A stretch of 64,000 nt of DNA from Gemmatimonas sp. (GCA_965279375.1 OZ257156.1:1664001-1728000), one strand, 5' to 3'; positions 29,601 through 38,810 are shown, numbered from the stretch's first letter. Notes: generated by a model from the letters alone, not told the origin. Numbers and translations: made by a program.

Positions 29601-29808
29601 CCTTGAGCTCGAGGACGCAGCTCCCTTCGGCGTGCACGAGGTCGGCGGCGGTATCGGTGAGCCGTTCGAGCAGGGCGCGCACCGTCAGCGCGCTGTTCGC
29701 CAAATCGCGGACGAACTGCGTCAGCACGGCAGGCGCACCGAGAGCGCGCGCGCCGTCCGATCCGGAATCGGTGTGGGGTGCGTCAGATGTCGTGGTCACG
29801 ACCTGCAC
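26605..29808 (-). CDS. Cytoplasmic multi-GAF/PAS histidine kinase
   Basis: Several GAF-like segments, PAS (YANPAAAREYGW), AHEINNPL, FFTTKAEGMGTGLGL; no TM evident. Confidence 0.92.
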   Translation of the reverse strand: MQVVTTTSDAPHTDSGSDGARALGAPAVLTQFVRDLANSALTVRALLERLTDTAADLVHAEGSCVLELKADVLVVVAPSGVTKPFDGLEFRIREHPALFRDALMARQAFWAAGSELPIDVDSSVRRALDAREMAVVPIIVEGAVSGLLVCVNSARGTFSRNDIEMLGHLADHSALVLRSQRLVQRAELAAIDARHRAEDAAQAARRNAILARTARILADAVTREAVYEGVGRVLREELRADGFAVYEANPQLRTARLEYQQGTGRVDADAVAATFWRSRLGQSLDTGRPDFIDDLADVVPANDPNTSSAPLLAMGLSAIALLPLMLEDRAQGLLSVRFRTGHEFTDDERELLRDIATQVVLAFRNAVNLAELERRAQRLTALARAQQQLTHVVTEDTLPQTIADAVRGVIPSAVCEVYAAGYEGLTRVLATRDGVAVKLGLVSDIELALPKEAFASGVARLIVHTDETRYWTRGSAELCAVVRFGPRSTGVLRLLSPDPDAFDLQDVDLLTILARQAGTVVETTRLFTQSAFERQRAEGAAELARVTLQAVSLSDGANELLGVLDRFVPSIGKAIGVARGRDGLIEYVAASGTLDVLRGHRPGGSKGVSSIAPDGKPRELSTLRDVAPAALASTVPDEWGFVVPLAARDRTLGVLVVSSPRKAPLFKRDRVTLEVLSTSLALALDALLLDEEERLSREREHLLATALTTIDHPIFILDRVGVRYANPAAAREYGWTQVELMEMQFEQLVIRVEPGPTTRPDAPLLDEGVSITEHQHRRKDDSEFPAAVTISPLTAQDGEVLGHVVSVRNVSADRRIAEQLRHTEKMVALGELVAGVAHEINNPLTGISAFAQILLEEHLEGDQRESVQLIKQESDRAKTVIRDLLLFARKTEPVTAPFDMNDLIEQTLRLRAYPLRSAGVRVELLLDPDLPRVPGDPQKLQQVLLNLIANAEFAMQQWDTRVLTVATRTEGSHAIVTAADTGRGMPPEVRRRIFEPFFTTKAEGMGTGLGLSVSYGIIQAHGGTIDVQSEVGVGTSVTLSLPFIAPPEAVPIADAPVQVFADQRNIN

Positions 29809-29918
29809 CGCCCTCGCGGATCACTCCGCGCCTTCGACCTCGACTGGTCGTGGAAGAAGTCCCGCCTCGGTGCCACATCGCAGACCGAGGCGAATTGATT
29901 CCCGAGTCGTGTCAGCCA

Positions 29919-30740
29919 TCACTTGGCTGCTTTCGCCTCGGCTACCGCGCGATCGATTTCCGCACGATGGAGATCGTAATCGGCATTTTTCGTGGCGATC
30001 TCGCGATCGACCACCTTGAGCAGGAGCATATTGTACGTCTTTTCTGCACCGACGTCCTTCATGATACGCGCGGTGCGGGCCGCGAGCACCAGGCCGAGCA
30101 GATTGCCCTGCTCGTTGGCCAGCATCGTGTCCGCTTGCGCCTTGGCGATCTGGGGCTGACCCGTGATCTCGGCGATGCGCCCGAAATGGTACCGCTCGTC
30201 CTGCGACGGGGCGGTGAGCATGCCGTGCGAGGCCAGCGCCATCGGGGCGAAAAAATTCACGGAGTCGGTTTTGCCGGCCTCCGAATACTCCATGATGCGG
30301 TTGTAGAGCCGAACGGCGCGCTCGCTGGGGGACATGTTGGCGATGTTGGGCGCGCCGCTGCCAGTTGGGGCGCCGCCCGAGGGGCCATCCGCCGGTCCTG
30401 CGGAGGCGAATGGGGGCGCACCGGCGTCGGTCGCTGCGGGGGCCGCAGCCAAGTCGCTCGGCGCGGAGCTCTTGCCGCCGCCAAAGCTCTTGCCCGCGAA
30501 GTTGGCGACAAGCGCCAGCAGGGCGACAAAGGTGATGCCCCACGGGAGGATCGACGCAGTGCTGTTGCCAGCGGGTGCGGCGGCGACTGCGGCGGCGCGC
30601 GGAGGCGGCGCGACCTCGCCGACGGGGGTGCCGCAGCGGTGGCAGAAACGGGCGCTGGCGTTAAGCGCTGCGCCACAGGACTCGCAAAAGCCGCCGCCTG
30701 TGGGGGCAGTGATCGGCTCGGGGTTGGACGAAGAGGTCAT
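29919..30740 (-). CDS. Zinc-ribbon membrane protein with helical C-terminal domain
   Basis: FCESCG...FCHRCG, then a hydrophobic TM (ILPWGITFVALLALVA). Confidence 0.8.
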   Translation of the reverse strand: MTSSSNPEPITAPTGGGFCESCGAALNASARFCHRCGTPVGEVAPPPRAAAVAAAPAGNSTASILPWGITFVALLALVANFAGKSFGGGKSSAPSDLAAAPAATDAGAPPFASAGPADGPSGGAPTGSGAPNIANMSPSERAVRLYNRIMEYSEAGKTDSVNFFAPMALASHGMLTAPSQDERYHFGRIAEITGQPQIAKAQADTMLANEQGNLLGLVLAARTARIMKDVGAEKTYNMLLLKVVDREIATKNADYDLHRAEIDRAVAEAKAAK

Positions 30741-30821
30741 GACAGTCGTAAGGTACCGGAGCGAGACCGGCAGCGTCCACGGTAGAATTCACGCATTCGC
30801 TGTCCACTTCTTCCCCACGCC

Positions 30822-32189
30822 GTGCCTCGTCCCAGCCGATCCATCGTTCCCGCCGACCTCTCGGGCGTCACCGCCGCCGAGATTCTCGACCTTGCCGACG
30901 CGCAGCAGGTGCGATTTCTGCGCTTGCAGTTCACGGATATTCTGGGCGTTATCAAGAATGTCGAGATCCCGTCGTCGCAGTTCAGGAAGGCGCTGCATGG
31001 CGACATCATGTTCGACGGGTCGAGTATCGAAGGGTTCGTGCGCGTGGAAGAGTCGGACATGCTGCTGGTGCCGGATCTGTCGACGTTCCAGATCTTTCCG
31101 TGGGGCGATCCGTCGGCGCGGGTGGGGCGCGTCATCTGTGACGTGAGCATGCCCGACGGGACGCCGTTCGCGGGTGATCCGCGTGGGACACTCAAGCGGC
31201 AGGTGGCGTTGGCGGAATCTCAGGGGTTCGTGATGAACGCCGGCATGGAAGCGGAGTTCTTCCTGTTCAAGGCCGCAGCCGACGGCCGGCCGGCGACGGA
31301 CACGCACGATGTGGGCGGCTACTTCGATCTGGCGCCGATGGACCTGGGCGAGGATGCGAGACGCTCCATTGTGGACGCGCTGGAGCAGATGGGCTTCGAG
31401 GTGGAAGCGGCGCACCACGAGGTGGCGCACGGTCAGCATGAGATCGACTTCCGCTATGCCGACGCGCTGCGCACGGCGGACAACATCGCAACGTTCCGCT
31501 TTGTGGTGAAGCAGGTGGCGCGTCAGTTCGGGTTGATTGCGTCGTTCATGCCCAAGCCGGTGTTCGGGCAGAATGGCAGCGGCATGCATACGCACCAGTC
31601 GCTGTTCGCGAATGGGCAGAACGCGTTTTGGGATCCGCAGCGGGAGTGGGGACTGAGCAAGACGGCGCTGCACTACATCGGCGGGTTGCTCAAGCATGCG
31701 CGCGCGATCACGGCGGTGACGAATCCGCTGGTGAACTCGTACAAGCGGCTCGTGCCGGGTTTCGAAGCGCCGGTGAACGTGGCGTGGAGCATGCGCAATC
31801 GCTCGCCGATGATCCGCGTGCCGGAACGGCGCGGCGCGGGTACTCGATTGGAGCTGCGCACGCCGGATCCGAGCGCGAATCCGTATCTCGCGCTGACGGT
31901 GATGCTGGCGGCCGGGTTGGATGGCATCGCGACCGAGGCCGACTGGCGTGAGCCGGTGAACACGAACATCTGGGAGATGTCGTTCCGCGAGCGGCGTCGA
32001 TTGCGCGTGGACGACTTGCCGCACGACCTGAACGAGGCGTGCGACGAGCTGGAGAAGAACGAGGTGATTTCCGCGGCGTTGGGTGAGCACATCACCCAGC
32101 AGTTTCTGGCCGCCAAGCGTAGTGAGTGGCGCGAGTACAACAGCCAAGTGAGTGCGTGGGAGCTGGAGCGCTATCTGGCGCGCTACTGA
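30822..32189 (+). CDS. glnA: Glutamine synthetase type I
   Basis: LQFTDILG, FDGSSIEGF, HHEVAHGQHEI, FMPKP, NGSGMH, NSYKRLVPGFEAP, ANPYL. Confidence 0.96.
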   Translation: MPRPSRSIVPADLSGVTAAEILDLADAQQVRFLRLQFTDILGVIKNVEIPSSQFRKALHGDIMFDGSSIEGFVRVEESDMLLVPDLSTFQIFPWGDPSARVGRVICDVSMPDGTPFAGDPRGTLKRQVALAESQGFVMNAGMEAEFFLFKAAADGRPATDTHDVGGYFDLAPMDLGEDARRSIVDALEQMGFEVEAAHHEVAHGQHEIDFRYADALRTADNIATFRFVVKQVARQFGLIASFMPKPVFGQNGSGMHTHQSLFANGQNAFWDPQREWGLSKTALHYIGGLLKHARAITAVTNPLVNSYKRLVPGFEAPVNVAWSMRNRSPMIRVPERRGAGTRLELRTPDPSANPYLALTVMLAAGLDGIATEADWREPVNTNIWEMSFRERRRLRVDDLPHDLNEACDELEKNEVISAALGEHITQQFLAAKRSEWREYNSQVSAWELERYLARY

Positions 32190-32215
32190 AGACTCAACTT
32201 CCTCTGAGATACGTC

Positions 32216-32989
32216 ATGGATCGTCGGTCCTTTCTTCGTACGTCCGCTGGTGCGGCAGTTGGTGTCGGGCTGGTGGGAACGACGGCGCGTGCGGCGGTTC
32301 CGCTGACGCGTGATCTGTCCGACGCCGAGCGTGAGGTGGCCGTAGGTCGTGCCGGCGTGGATGCGTGGTCGCAGAAGTATCCGTTTGCGCTGACGCCATT
32401 GGGCTATGCGAACAACGCCGTCGAGCCGGCGGTGGATGCGCTCACGATGGGCATTCATCACGACAAGCATCACGCGACGTACGTGACGAATCTCAACAAG
32501 GCGCTCGAGACGCAGACGGCGCTGCACGATCAGACGTTGGGGCAGCTGTTGATGGGTTTGCATCGACTGCCGACGACCGTGCAGGCCGCTGTGCGCAACA
32601 ACGGTGGCGGCCATGCCAATCACGCGCTGTTCTGGACGCTGCTGGCGCCGGGTGCGGCGACCGCAAGTACGCCGACGGGTCGATTGGCGGCTGCGATCAC
32701 GCGCGACTTCGGCTCGTTGGCCGACTGCGTGGCCGCGCTCAAGACGGCGGGGCTTGGTCAATTCGGCTCGGGGTGGAGCTGGCTCGTCAAGACAGCGACC
32801 AACAAGGTGGCGGTACGCGCACTGCCCAATCAGGATTCGCCGCTGATTGAAGGGGAGCTGCCGATCGTTGGCATCGATGTGTGGGAGCACGCCTACTACC
32901 TCAAGTACCAGAATCGTCGCGCGGACTATCTCGACGCGGTGCTGGCGCGCATCAACTGGGATGTGGCGAGCGCGGGGTGGATGGGGTGA
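32216..32989 (+). CDS. sod: Fe/Mn superoxide dismutase with Tat signal peptide
   Basis: MDRRSFL; HHDKHHATY; NNGGGHANH; FGSGW; DVWEHAYYL. Confidence 0.94.
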   Translation: MDRRSFLRTSAGAAVGVGLVGTTARAAVPLTRDLSDAEREVAVGRAGVDAWSQKYPFALTPLGYANNAVEPAVDALTMGIHHDKHHATYVTNLNKALETQTALHDQTLGQLLMGLHRLPTTVQAAVRNNGGGHANHALFWTLLAPGAATASTPTGRLAAAITRDFGSLADCVAALKTAGLGQFGSGWSWLVKTATNKVAVRALPNQDSPLIEGELPIVGIDVWEHAYYLKYQNRRADYLDAVLARINWDVASAGWMG

Positions 32990-33630
32990 CGTTGGCGGAT
33001 GGCGTGGGCGTCGGGCAGGCAGTGATGGATCGGCCGTTCGATCCGGTGCCGGTGACGCTGGAGGGGCGGCATGTGCGACTCGAGCCGATCGGTGCACAGC
33101 ACGCCGACGGCTTACTGGCGGCGGGGCACTTCGAATCGCTGTGGAGCGTGACCGTGCAACCGCCGCTCGACTGCGCGGACGCGGTGGAGCGCTATCTCGC
33201 GACCGCGGCGCGCAACGTAGCGGATGGGAGCGAGGTGGTGTTTGCGATCGTGCACCGCGAGAGCGGCGCGCTGATCGGTTCGACACGGTGGATGGACATC
33301 TCGCGCCAGCACCGTCGTCTGGAAATTGGCGGGACATGGATCACGCCAGCGCATCAGCGATCGGCGGCGAATGCCGAAGCGAAGTATCTGCAGCTGCGGC
33401 ACATCTTCGAGGTGCTGGGTGCGTATCGCGTGCAGCTCAAGACCGATCTGCGCAACACGCAGTCGCAGCGTGCGATGGAAAAGATCGGTGCCGTGCGCGA
33501 AGGGGTGATGCGACGGCACATGGTGGTGCGCGATGGATTCGTGCGCGACTCGGTGTACTACGGCATCACCGATATCGACTGGCCGAGTGTGAAGCGGCTG
33601 CTCGAGGAGCGACTGCTGGCGGCGCAGTAG
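32986..33630 (+). CDS. GNAT N-acetyltransferase (RimJ/RimL-like)
   Basis: LEGRHVRLEP, EIGGTW, RVQLKTDLRN, IGAVREGVMR. Alternative start 33025. Confidence 0.9.
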   Translation: MTLADGVGVGQAVMDRPFDPVPVTLEGRHVRLEPIGAQHADGLLAAGHFESLWSVTVQPPLDCADAVERYLATAARNVADGSEVVFAIVHRESGALIGSTRWMDISRQHRRLEIGGTWITPAHQRSAANAEAKYLQLRHIFEVLGAYRVQLKTDLRNTQSQRAMEKIGAVREGVMRRHMVVRDGFVRDSVYYGITDIDWPSVKRLLEERLLAAQ

Positions 33631-33664
33631 TGCGCGGACGATCGAATCACGCGCTTCCCGCGAA

Positions 33665-34117
33665 CTACTCCTGGAGACCCGTCCACGACCATCGAGGCAG
33701 ACGGAGACCAGCGGGCACATCCTGCCGCGACCGCGGATAGGCATTCATCGTCGTCCTGGTCGTCCAGGTGAAGTAGTCGAGAAGCGTCCGCTTCAGTTCA
33801 GGATCGACAATGCTGATGTCGTCCAGGGCCATCGCAAAGCAGGCGATCGCGCGCGTATCCATGTCGTCATGTTCGCCATTGCCGCTGTGCCTGCGCACGA
33901 CCGAGGATTCGGTACCGTACGCCGCGGAAAAGGTCGCCGGACCACCCCACGCTTCGGCCCAATACGCGGCAAGCCGTTCCGTGTGCTGTGGGTGATAGCC
34001 ATGACTGAACGCATGCGACACGATCTCGTCCGCGAGACAACGCTCGTGCCACGCATGGGCCAGGCGAAGCACGCCATCCATCCCGCCCAGCGATTCGAAG
34101 AGAGTCGGTTGAGACAT
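33665..34117 (-). CDS. Truncated (2/2) hemoglobin
   Basis: TLFESLGG, HTERLAAYWAEAWGGP, RRHSG. Confidence 0.8.
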   Translation of the reverse strand: MSQPTLFESLGGMDGVLRLAHAWHERCLADEIVSHAFSHGYHPQHTERLAAYWAEAWGGPATFSAAYGTESSVVRRHSGNGEHDDMDTRAIACFAMALDDISIVDPELKRTLLDYFTWTTRTTMNAYPRSRQDVPAGLRLPRWSWTGLQE

Positions 34118-34302
34118 TGGAAGCCGATTCCGTCGGGTTGTGGAATTGTCCTGAGGTGGGTCTAACATGCGACATCGAGCAGCCAACTGCACGACGTGGC
34201 ACGACCCGTGCTCTCCAACGTGCTCGAGAGTGTGAGGCACGCGTCAGTGTCGAGCGTGCCGCACCAGAATTCGACTCGAGACGTTCGCATCAACGAGGCG
34301 CT

Positions 34303-34521
34303 ATGCGTGGATCTGTGGTCGTGGGTGTGCTGTTGCTGCTGGCCGGTGGTTTTGTGCTGACGCGTGGCTTCTCGTTCACGAAAGACAAGACGGTGGTTGA
34401 TCTGGGGCCGCTGCAGGCCAGCGTGTCGGAGAAGCAGACGGTTCCGCCGTGGGTGGGTGGCATCGCCGTGGCGGCAGGTGTGGCGTTGATTGCGGTCGGC
34501 GCATCAAAGTCTCGCCGATAG
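34303..34521 (+). CDS. Small two-TM membrane protein (DUF3185-like)
   Basis: TM - VVDLGPLQAS - PPWVGG - TM; GAGG RBS. Confidence 0.75.
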   Translation: MRGSVVVGVLLLLAGGFVLTRGFSFTKDKTVVDLGPLQASVSEKQTVPPWVGGIAVAAGVALIAVGASKSRR

Positions 34522-34606
34522 CGTTTCGTCGTGCGTAGTTTCACAGCGCGACGTTTGGCGGGAAGGCGAGCGGGCGCATCACGAGACCAGCGCACCAGTT
34601 GGAGAC

Positions 34607-35209
34607 ATGACGATGATGGGGATCACACGCAGTTTGCGCCGGCATGCGGCGCTGCTCGCGACTGCACCGCTGTGGCTGCTGGCCAGCGTGCGTACGGTGG
34701 CGGCGCAGGAAGGCCCGTCGCTGGTGGTGCTGGTGCGACACGCCGAAAAAGCCTCGGCCACGGACCCCGATCCGTCGCTGAGTGCAGAGGGTCGTGCGCG
34801 CGCCGATGCGTTGGTGGCCGCGCTGCGTCACTCGCCGCCGACCGCGATTCTCGTCACGTCGCGCAAGCGGACGGCGGAGACCGCGGAACCGATCGCCAAG
34901 ACGTTTCACGTCACGCCGCAGGTGGTGTCGCTCGACGGCACCACGGCCGCCAATCACATCAAGGCCGTCGCCGATGCCGCACGTGCGCAGCGCGGCGTGG
35001 TGCTGGTGGTGGGGCACAGCAATACGGTGCCCAGTATCGTGAAGGCGCTCGGTGGACCCGCGCTGCCGGACATCTGCGACGCGAGCTACGCGACGCTGTA
35101 CGTGTTGCAGCTGCCGCGTGACGGCAAGCCGGCGCAGTTGGTGACCGCGCAGTATGGTGCCGCTGATCCCCCAGCGGCGAACAGCTGCCCGGGAATGACG
35201 CCCCGATAA
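34607..35209 (+). CDS. Secreted histidine phosphatase (SixA/phosphoglycerate mutase-like)
   Basis: Signal peptide; LVRHAEK; VVGHSNTVP. Confidence 0.88.
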   Translation: MTMMGITRSLRRHAALLATAPLWLLASVRTVAAQEGPSLVVLVRHAEKASATDPDPSLSAEGRARADALVAALRHSPPTAILVTSRKRTAETAEPIAKTFHVTPQVVSLDGTTAANHIKAVADAARAQRGVVLVVGHSNTVPSIVKALGGPALPDICDASYATLYVLQLPRDGKPAQLVTAQYGAADPPAANSCPGMTPR

Positions 35210-35239
35210 GCTCGTACCTGTGTGCGGCGCTGGACGATG

Positions 35240-35314
35240 AGCGCGAGTCGCTCAGCGCGAGTCGCTCAGCGCGAGTCGCTCAGCGCGAGTCGCTCAGCGC
35301 GAGTCGCTCAGCGC
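35240..35314. repeat. 14-bp tandem repeat (AGCGCGAGTCGCTC) x5.3
   Basis: Identical units start at 35240, 35254, 35268, 35282, 35296, plus a partial unit at 35310. Confidence 0.95.
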
Positions 35315-36249
35315 AACAGGCGTGTGAGCAGTTCGGGCATGGCGTGGAACTGATCGATGTGATCGGGTGCCGAGTTGCCGGCGAAGCCGAACACCAAAAA
35401 ACGACCCGAGTGTACTTCGCTCAATTGCTGTAGCCCGCGCGGTCCCCACTTGAGCACGGGCGTGCGTGGCAGCGCGAGCGACTGCAGCAGCCAATCGGCG
35501 GTCTCTGTGGTGCTGGCGAAGGTGCCGGGAAAGATCTCCGAGTGCGTGACGACGAAGCGCTTTTCGCCTCGCATCGCGGCGCGCGCGAAGTCGCGAAATG
35601 CGATGAGGTTGGTGGTGTCGAGCGTCCCGTCGAGTGCCATCGGCCGCCCCTCGGGCACGTACGACGTGTGCATGCCGTCGAGCAGCAGGATTGCGCGCAC
35701 CGCATCGGCGTGGCGGGGCGTGCGCAGGATGGCGCGAATGGCGCCGTGGCCGGCGGAGAAGCCGGAGAGTGTGAGCTGTGCAACGCGCGCCGGTTTGCCG
35801 GTCACCGCCGTCACCTCGCGCGTGATGGACGTGCGGAGCGAGTCAAACACCGCCGAATCGCTGAAGGCCCGGTCGTAGCTCCCCGAGCCGCTGCCGACAT
35901 TCACGACCGCAGCGACGGTGCGCTGCTTGAGTGACGCGACCGCCTGCTGCGCCACCCAGTCGGCGCCGTGGAAGTGCACGACGAGTGCGAAGTCGGCGGG
36001 CGAACGATCGGGAATCCAGACGGACACCGGCTTGCCGGCCGGCCCCGTGAACGAGCGCGTCGTGCCGCCGAGTGCGCGTTGGGTGAGTCGCTGGTGGGCG
36101 CGCGTGGTTTCGACCATCGGCGATGGATTCTGCGGCGCCATCGCGGGCGGGCCGGACACCGTCGGCGCTGTCTGGGCGACGACGGAGCTGGCGACGGTGA
36201 CCAGCGGCAGCGTCGCCGCGACGATGAGTGCGCGTACGCGACGGATCAC
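35308..36249 (-). CDS. Secreted alpha/beta-hydrolase-fold protein
   Basis: Signal peptide; VHFHG; SGFSAG; LLDG. GTGA overlap with the TMEM175 stop. Confidence 0.75.
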   Translation of the reverse strand: MIRRVRALIVAATLPLVTVASSVVAQTAPTVSGPPAMAPQNPSPMVETTRAHQRLTQRALGGTTRSFTGPAGKPVSVWIPDRSPADFALVVHFHGADWVAQQAVASLKQRTVAAVVNVGSGSGSYDRAFSDSAVFDSLRTSITREVTAVTGKPARVAQLTLSGFSAGHGAIRAILRTPRHADAVRAILLLDGMHTSYVPEGRPMALDGTLDTTNLIAFRDFARAAMRGEKRFVVTHSEIFPGTFASTTETADWLLQSLALPRTPVLKWGPRGLQQLSEVHSGRFLVFGFAGNSAPDHIDQFHAMPELLTRLLR

Positions 36250-36818
36250 GCGATCGTGCGCTCGATGCGGCGGTCGGGGATGAACCAAGTGAGCGCCACA
36301 ACGACGTAGAGGGTCAGGCTCACCCAGTGGGCCACGAACGCCATCGGGATCGCGACTGCGTAGACGACGACCGAGAGCTTCCCCTTCCAATCTCGGCCGA
36401 TGGCCGCCTTCAGCACGGAATTGGGTCCCTGCTCCGCGACGATGGCGAGCTGCAGGAGGTAGTACGACGCGCCGCACATGAGGAGCACGGCGCCGTACAC
36501 GGCGATGGGCGTGGGCGCGAAGTGGTTCTCCCCCATCCAGGCCGTGGCTGCGGGGATGAGCGAGAGCCAGAAGAGCAGGAACAGGTTGGCCCAGAGCACC
36601 TTGGCACTCACGCGGGTGACCGTGTGCAGCAGGTGATGATGATTGTTCCAATAGATGCCGACGTTCGCAAAGCTGAGCACATAGCTCAGCAGGACGGGGA
36701 GCAATGGGGAGAGATCGTGCAGCGTGTCGCCGTGCGGCACCTTCAGCTCGAGCACCATGATCGTGATGATGATGGCAATGACACCGTCGCTGAAGGCTTC
36801 CAGCCGTCCCTTCCCCAT
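36246..36818 (-). CDS. TMEM175-family (DUF1211) potassium channel
   Basis: RLEAFSDGVIAIIITIMVLEL; YWNNHH. Confidence 0.93.
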   Translation of the reverse strand: MGKGRLEAFSDGVIAIIITIMVLELKVPHGDTLHDLSPLLPVLLSYVLSFANVGIYWNNHHHLLHTVTRVSAKVLWANLFLLFWLSLIPAATAWMGENHFAPTPIAVYGAVLLMCGASYYLLQLAIVAEQGPNSVLKAAIGRDWKGKLSVVVYAVAIPMAFVAHWVSLTLYVVVALTWFIPDRRIERTIA

Positions 36819-36947
36819 GTCCTGTCCTCGCGCCGTTGGCGTGTGCGGGCTCCCGACCGGAAAGCTCGTTGCGGGAATGCTGAGGCCGCGCGGCCCAGTG
36901 TGCCAGTGATCCCGCGACATGCTGGTTCGGACATGGTAGCTTCGGGG

Positions 36948-37502
36948 ATGCAGATCCCATTGGAAAACGCGACGCGCACCGCGCTTGGCGTGGTGACGGT
37001 GTCCGACCGGGCAAGCGCCGGCATCTACGAGGACAAGTCGGGACGTGCCATCGAGGCGGTGTTGGGGCGCTGGATCGCAACGCCCTTTCGCATCGAGTAT
37101 CGATTGGTGCCGGACGAGCAGCCGCTGATCGAGGCGGCGCTGCGCGAGTTGGCCGACGACGCCCACTGCCCGTTGATCGTGACCACGGGTGGGACTGGAC
37201 CCGCGCCGCGCGACGTGACGCCCGAGGCGACCGTAGCGGTGTGTGACCGGCTGCTCCCCGGGTTTGGCGAGCAGATGCGCGCCGTTTCCGTCCGCACGGT
37301 GCCGACGGCGATCCTGTCTCGGCAGCTCGCGGGCACGCGCGGCGGGTCGCTCATCATCAACCTGCCCGGAAAGCCGGCGGCGATCGAGGAGTGTTTGGGC
37401 GCCGTCTTCGCGGCGATCCCATATTGCATCGAGTTGATTGGCGGGCCGCGCCTCGAAACGAGTGCCGACGCGCCCGCCCCTTTTCGCCCGCGTGGAGCGT
37501 GA
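36948..37502 (+). CDS. mog: Molybdopterin adenylyltransferase
   Basis: VSDRASAGIYEDKSG; TTGGTGPAPRDVTPEAT; INLPGKP. Confidence 0.94.
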   Translation: MQIPLENATRTALGVVTVSDRASAGIYEDKSGRAIEAVLGRWIATPFRIEYRLVPDEQPLIEAALRELADDAHCPLIVTTGGTGPAPRDVTPEATVAVCDRLLPGFGEQMRAVSVRTVPTAILSRQLAGTRGGSLIINLPGKPAAIEECLGAVFAAIPYCIELIGGPRLETSADAPAPFRPRGA

Positions 37503-37504
37503 CC

Positions 37505-37702
37505 GTGTCGCTGTCCCCTGAACTGCTGAAGATCCTCGTCTGCCCCAAGAGCAAGGCGCCACTGGAATACTGGCCCGGTCCGCCGGAAGCGCTCGTGTGC
37601 CGCGAGAGCGCGTTGGTGTACGCCGTGCAGGATGGCATTCCCGTCATGCTCATCGACGAAGCGCGTCCGCTCGATCCGGCGGAATTCCCGCCGCGCGGCT
37701 GA
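37505..37702 (+). CDS. Trm112-family (YcaR-like) protein
   Basis: LLKILVCPKSK...YAVQDGIPVMLIDEA. Confidence 0.9.
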   Translation: MSLSPELLKILVCPKSKAPLEYWPGPPEALVCRESALVYAVQDGIPVMLIDEARPLDPAEFPPRG

Positions 37703-37756
37703 CTGGTGGCCGGCGCGCGCGCACCGATGAGCCGGTGAACTGCAAGTGAGCTGCAG

Positions 37757-38794
37757 GTGAGCGCGTCGCGCCTGTGGACGCCCGACGAGGCGCTTGGGCC
37801 AGCGTTCGAGTGCAGCACGCTGCCGCTCGCCGCAGAGCAGGATGGACCGTTGGTGGCCACGCTTGTGCGACGCCGTCGTGACACAGCCACGGCGACTCGT
37901 CGCGCTGTGCTCTACGTGCACGGATTCATCGACTACTTCTTTCAGGCGCATGTGGCCGATGCCTTTGCGGCAGCCGGCTGGGATTTCTACGCGCTCGATC
38001 TGCGTCGCTACGGCCGCTCGATGCGACCGGGCAACCTGCCCAACTACTGCACCGATCTCGCGCAGTACGACGAGGAGCTTTCGGCGGCGCTCGACATCGT
38101 GCGCCACGAGGACGCGCACGACACGGTGGCGCTGCTTGGTCATTCGACCGGCGGCCTGATCACGTCGTGGTACATGCATCGCGGCGCGCGCCGATCCGAG
38201 GTGCAGGCGCTCGTGCTCAACAGCCCGTTTCTGGCGTTCAACGTGCCCTGGCCGCGCAGCATGACGTTGCCGATTGCCAGCGCGATCGGCGCATTCAAGC
38301 CCACGCTGGCCGACCCCAACGGCATCTCGCGCTGGTACGGCGAGAGTCTGCTGGCGGAGCATCGTGGCGAGTGGCACTACGACCTGCGCTGGAAGCCGCT
38401 GCTGGGGTTCCCGATCTACTTCGGCTGGGTGCGCGCGATTCGTGCGGTGCAGGCGGAGGTGGCGCGCGGGCTGCACATCGCGGCGCCAGTGCTTCTGCTG
38501 CACGCTGCGCAATCCATGATTGCACGGGGTGGCTGGCAGGACGCGTATCGGTCGAGCGACATCGTGCTCAACGTGGATCACATGCGTACGCGCGGACCTC
38601 GACTGGGTACCGATGTGTCGCTGCATTCGTTCGTTAACGGCATCCACGACATGCTCCTCGCGCCCGAGCGTGTGCGCGAGGCTGTGTTGCTCGCTACGCT
38701 CTCGTGGCTCGAGGCGCGCACCGGGGATGCCTCGACAGACGAAACGTTGGCCGCACCGTACGTTGCCGTGTCGTATCAGCCTCCCAATCCGTAG
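37757..38794 (+). CDS. Alpha/beta hydrolase (lysophospholipase-like)
   Basis: YVHGFIDYFFQ, DLRRYGRS, GHSTGG, HD. Confidence 0.88.
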   Translation: MSASRLWTPDEALGPAFECSTLPLAAEQDGPLVATLVRRRRDTATATRRAVLYVHGFIDYFFQAHVADAFAAAGWDFYALDLRRYGRSMRPGNLPNYCTDLAQYDEELSAALDIVRHEDAHDTVALLGHSTGGLITSWYMHRGARRSEVQALVLNSPFLAFNVPWPRSMTLPIASAIGAFKPTLADPNGISRWYGESLLAEHRGEWHYDLRWKPLLGFPIYFGWVRAIRAVQAEVARGLHIAAPVLLLHAAQSMIARGGWQDAYRSSDIVLNVDHMRTRGPRLGTDVSLHSFVNGIHDMLLAPERVREAVLLATLSWLEARTGDASTDETLAAPYVAVSYQPPNP

Positions 38795-38810
38795 GCCACA
38801 CCCCATCGCC

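Noticed and set aside
26260..29898. Long + strand ORFs opposite the kinase (similar ones at 970-2406, 30789-32147, 37025-38893)
   Set aside because: Antisense shadows with no motifs, caused by codon bias.
35240..35314. Possible CRISPR array
   Set aside because: Head-to-tail 14-bp units with no spacers and no cas genes.
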